26,022 bases of DNA from an uncultured Eubacteriales bacterium. GTDB lineage: Bacteria; Bacillota; Clostridia; Christensenellales; Borkfalkiaceae. Made by a program: the position numbers and the translations under genes. The stretch covers positions 1-26,022 of the forward strand of contig CACXDQ010000033.1 in assembly GCA_902766475.1 (NCBI GenBank), given 5' to 3'. Shown piece by piece: positions 23,337-26,022 of this stretch. The notes under the pieces are model-generated. The model was not told the DNA's origin and searched no databases. It was given only the letters and a program-made list of their open reading frames with translations. Within the stretch, counting starts at the first letter, position 1; each line of letters begins with the position of its first letter.

Positions 23337-24365
23337 ATGAAAATAGTAGTGGATATTTACGGGGGAGATAACGCCCCGGAAGCGACTGTAGGCGGCGCAC
23401 TTTATGCGCTTGAAAAGTCCGAGGGGTTCGACCTCGTTTTAGTCGGAAAGCAGAAAGAGATCGAAAAGCTTTTAGAGGGTAAGACCTACGACAAAAACAG
23501 AATTTCAATAGTCGACGCACAAGACGTAATATCGTGCAACGAATCTCCTACCGAAGCCATAAGGACGAAACCCGAATCTTCCATCGTAAAAAGCGTGAAG
23601 ATACTCAGGGAAGACCCCGAGGCGAAGGCGTTCGTATCCGCCGGCTCGACGGGTGCGGTGCTTACCGCCGCCGTCGTGATGACGAAGAGGATAAAGGGTT
23701 TGAACAGACCTGCTCTCGCACCTACTTTCCCGACTATGACGGGCGGCGAAGTAATGCTTTTAGATTGCGGCGCCAACGTCGATTGTAAGCCCATAAACTT
23801 ACTTCAATTTGCCGTGATGGGCTCGGTATATATGCGTGAGGTGTACGACATCGACAGACCTCGTGTAGCTCTCCTTTCTAACGGAACGGAGGACGCAAAG
23901 GGTTCGGCTCTTACGAAAGAGGCGTTTGCACTCCTTAAAAACGCCGAAAACATCAACTTCGTGGGCAATATGGAAGCGAGAGATATTCTTTTCGGAGATT
24001 ACGACGTCGTTGTGGCGGACGGCTTTTGCGGAAATATCGCATTGAAGTCTATCGAAGGGACGGCTAAGTGCATTATGGGCTCGTTAAAGAGGGAGATAAA
24101 GGCTTCGAAAATGGCGAAACTCGGCGCATTGTTTATGAAAAAGAGCTTGTACAACCTCAAAAATTTGCTCGATTATAATAAAAAGGGCGGCGCTGTTCTC
24201 CTCGGCATGGAAAACGTCGTCGTAAAGGCGCATGGCTCGTCCAAAGCCGACGCATTCGGCAACGCCATTTTGCAGGCTTACGGCGCTTGCGGAATAGACG
24301 TGAGCGAGCAGATAAGGGTAGAACTTGAAAAGCTCGATATGCAGAAGTCGGGCGGAGTTGAATAA
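23337..24365 (+). CDS. plsX: Phosphate acyltransferase PlsX
   Basis: IVVDIYGGDNAP, SAGSTGA, RPALAP, LDCGANVD, VVADGFCGNIALK and KAHGSS. Confidence 0.95.
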   Translation: MKIVVDIYGGDNAPEATVGGALYALEKSEGFDLVLVGKQKEIEKLLEGKTYDKNRISIVDAQDVISCNESPTEAIRTKPESSIVKSVKILREDPEAKAFVSAGSTGAVLTAAVVMTKRIKGLNRPALAPTFPTMTGGEVMLLDCGANVDCKPINLLQFAVMGSVYMREVYDIDRPRVALLSNGTEDAKGSALTKEAFALLKNAENINFVGNMEARDILFGDYDVVVADGFCGNIALKSIEGTAKCIMGSLKREIKASKMAKLGALFMKKSLYNLKNLLDYNKKGGAVLLGMENVVVKAHGSSKADAFGNAILQAYGACGIDVSEQIRVELEKLDMQKSGGVE

Positions 24366-24366
24366 G

Positions 24367-25188
24367 ATGATATTTTTCATGCATGAATGTGAGGAGAAAC
24401 TCGGCTATACGTTCAAGGATAAGTCGCTTTTAAGGCAATGTTTTACTCATTCTTCCTATTCTCACGAACACGGCAACGGCAAAAACAACGAACGGCTTGA
24501 ATTTTTCGGCGATTCCATTCTCGGCTACATAACGGCGGAATATCTCATGCAAAAATACCCCGACGCCGACGAGGGGCAGCTTACGGCTTATAAACAGCAG
24601 CTCGTTTCGAGAAAACCGCTCGCCGCAGCGATCGTTAAATGCGGGCTTTCGGAATTTATTCTGTACGGCGAGGGCGAGAGAAAAAATACCCCCGACAACC
24701 ACGAGGCGGCTAACGAAAATCTCTTCGAGGCAATAGTTGCGGGCATCTATCTCGACGGCGGAATAGAGCCGACGAAAAAATTCGTGTATAGCGCATTGTT
24801 TTCAAAGACGAGGTGCGTTTCTTCAAAAGACAATAAGGCGGAGGCGAAACAGCCCGTTTCTCATAAGGAAAACGGCGGCGCACCTAACGATTTTAAGAGT
24901 CTTTTGCAGATTTACGTTCAGAAAAACAAGCTCGGCGACATTGCCTATATCGAAAAAGAGAGGAGCGGCCCCGCTCACGAGCCGACTTTCGTGATGGAAG
25001 TTTCGGTTGCGGGCGTCGTGATGGGCAAGGGTAGAGGGAAGACCAAGTCGGAAGCGACGAAGGCGGCGGCAAAGGAAGCCTATACGGCTATAAGCGCAGA
25101 TAAAAAGGACAAAACTCCCGCTAAGGGAAAGACAGATAAAAGGCGTGCGGCGCCCCAAAAGCCGCAGAAAAAAAGGACAAAGGGGTAA
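24367..25188 (+). CDS. rnc: Ribonuclease III with Lys-rich tail
   Basis: THSSY, NERLEFFGD, FEAIVAGIYLDGG and dsRBD (DFKSLLQ, GPAHEPTF, GRGKTKSEA). Start placed at ATG 24367 (SD GGAG). Confidence 0.93.
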   Translation: MIFFMHECEEKLGYTFKDKSLLRQCFTHSSYSHEHGNGKNNERLEFFGDSILGYITAEYLMQKYPDADEGQLTAYKQQLVSRKPLAAAIVKCGLSEFILYGEGERKNTPDNHEAANENLFEAIVAGIYLDGGIEPTKKFVYSALFSKTRCVSSKDNKAEAKQPVSHKENGGAPNDFKSLLQIYVQKNKLGDIAYIEKERSGPAHEPTFVMEVSVAGVVMGKGRGKTKSEATKAAAKEAYTAISADKKDKTPAKGKTDKRRAAPQKPQKKRTKG

Positions 25189-25193
25189 GTTGA

Positions 25194-26022
25194 ATGGATT
25201 TCAGTAAAATAGAACTCATTGGCTTTAAGTCCTTTGCCGACAGGCAGGAAATAAAATTCGATAACGGCGTAACCTGTATAGTCGGGCCGAACGGTTGCGG
25301 AAAGAGCAACGTCGCCGACGCTATCAGGTGGGTTTTGGGTGAACAGTCCGCAAAGACTTTGAGAGGTTCGAGTATGCAGGACGTCATTTTCAACGGCACC
25401 CAAAGCAGAAAATCGCTTTCATATTGCGAAGTTTCGCTGTTTTTCGACAACTCGAATAAGATTTTCAAGGACATAGATTATTCCGAAGTTCAGCTAACCC
25501 GTAAGCTCTTCCGCTCGGGCGAAAGCGAATACTATATCAACAAAAAGCAAGCGAGATTGAGGGATATAGTAGACCTTTTGCACGAATGCGGCGTAAGCAA
25601 AGAGGGCTATACGATAATAGGTCAGGGCAAGGTGTCGGAAATACTCTCGTCAAAGCCCGAGGACAGGCGTACAATATTTGAAGAGGCGGTCGGCATTTCC
25701 AAGACGAAGGCAAAAAGGCTGGAATCTATGCGTAAGCTCGAAAGGACGAGGGACAGCCTCATAAGGCTTGCCGACATAATGAGCGAGCAGGAAAGGCAGT
25801 TGGAGCCGCTCGCAAGACAAGCCGAAAAGGCAAGGGAATTCCGCCAGCTCTCCGAAGAACTCAAATATCACGAGGTAAACAGCTATCTCTATAAATATAA
25901 TAACGCCGCTTCCGAAAAAGCCGAGATAAACACTCGTATTCAAGGCATAAGCGAAGAGATCGTCGAGAGAAATAACGACCTCGACAAAGCTATTAAAGAA
26001 TACAACGCACATCAAAGACAGA
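25194..26022 (+). CDS. smc: Chromosome segregation protein SMC (5' part, runs off the window)
   Basis: MDFSKIELIGFKSFAD, Walker A GPNGCGKSN, WVLGEQSAKTLRG and IIGQG, then coiled coil. Not in the ORF track because no stop is present. Confidence 0.96.
   Translation, partial: MDFSKIELIGFKSFADRQEIKFDNGVTCIVGPNGCGKSNVADAIRWVLGEQSAKTLRGSSMQDVIFNGTQSRKSLSYCEVSLFFDNSNKIFKDIDYSEVQLTRKLFRSGESEYYINKKQARLRDIVDLLHECGVSKEGYTIIGQGKVSEILSSKPEDRRTIFEEAVGISKTKAKRLESMRKLERTRDSLIRLADIMSEQERQLEPLARQAEKAREFRQLSEELKYHEVNSYLYKYNNAASEKAEINTRIQGISEEIVERNNDLDKAIKEYNAHQRQ

Noticed and set aside
24718-24729. Inactive RNase III because Asn replaces the Asp in the DxxE motif (NLFE)
   Set aside because: The essential ERLEFxGD residues and the second Glu are retained. 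This Asp is the more dispensable metal ligand, so inactivity cannot be claimed.

Overview
A GC-moderate bacterial window, most likely from an anaerobic Clostridia-type Firmicute (inferred from tilS-hpt and plsX-rnc-smc gene order and many lipoproteins). Left half (352-13550): a 13-kb same-strand cluster built on an Ftr1/P19-type iron-uptake locus (FTR1 permease, P19 lipoprotein, DUF2318 Cys protein, two MacB/FtsX-type permeases, ATPase, FMN-binding lipoprotein). It continues into a second protein with a flavinylation motif that is translationally coupled to a complete SdhCAB/FrdCAB-like module. The flavoprotein of that module has lost the covalent-FAD histidine but keeps the dicarboxylate site. 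A DUF4418/ABC module follows. The first promoter and the DUF4418 promoter share a GTTAG-N6-CTAAC-type (DtxR-family-like) palindrome, which is expanded into a phased array in the first leader. This apparent iron-uptake plus transmembrane electron-transfer system is the main candidate for an undescribed system. Middle: an eroded small-gene cluster, a 5'-nucleotidase, an SDR, and a minus-strand tRNA operon (fMet, Met, Glu) that contains a second tRNA-Glu copy split by a structured 111-nt insert. Right: tilS, hpt, an ADP-ribosylglycohydrolase, asnS, plsX, rnc and the start of smc. Family assignments come from motif recognition only; no searches were run.
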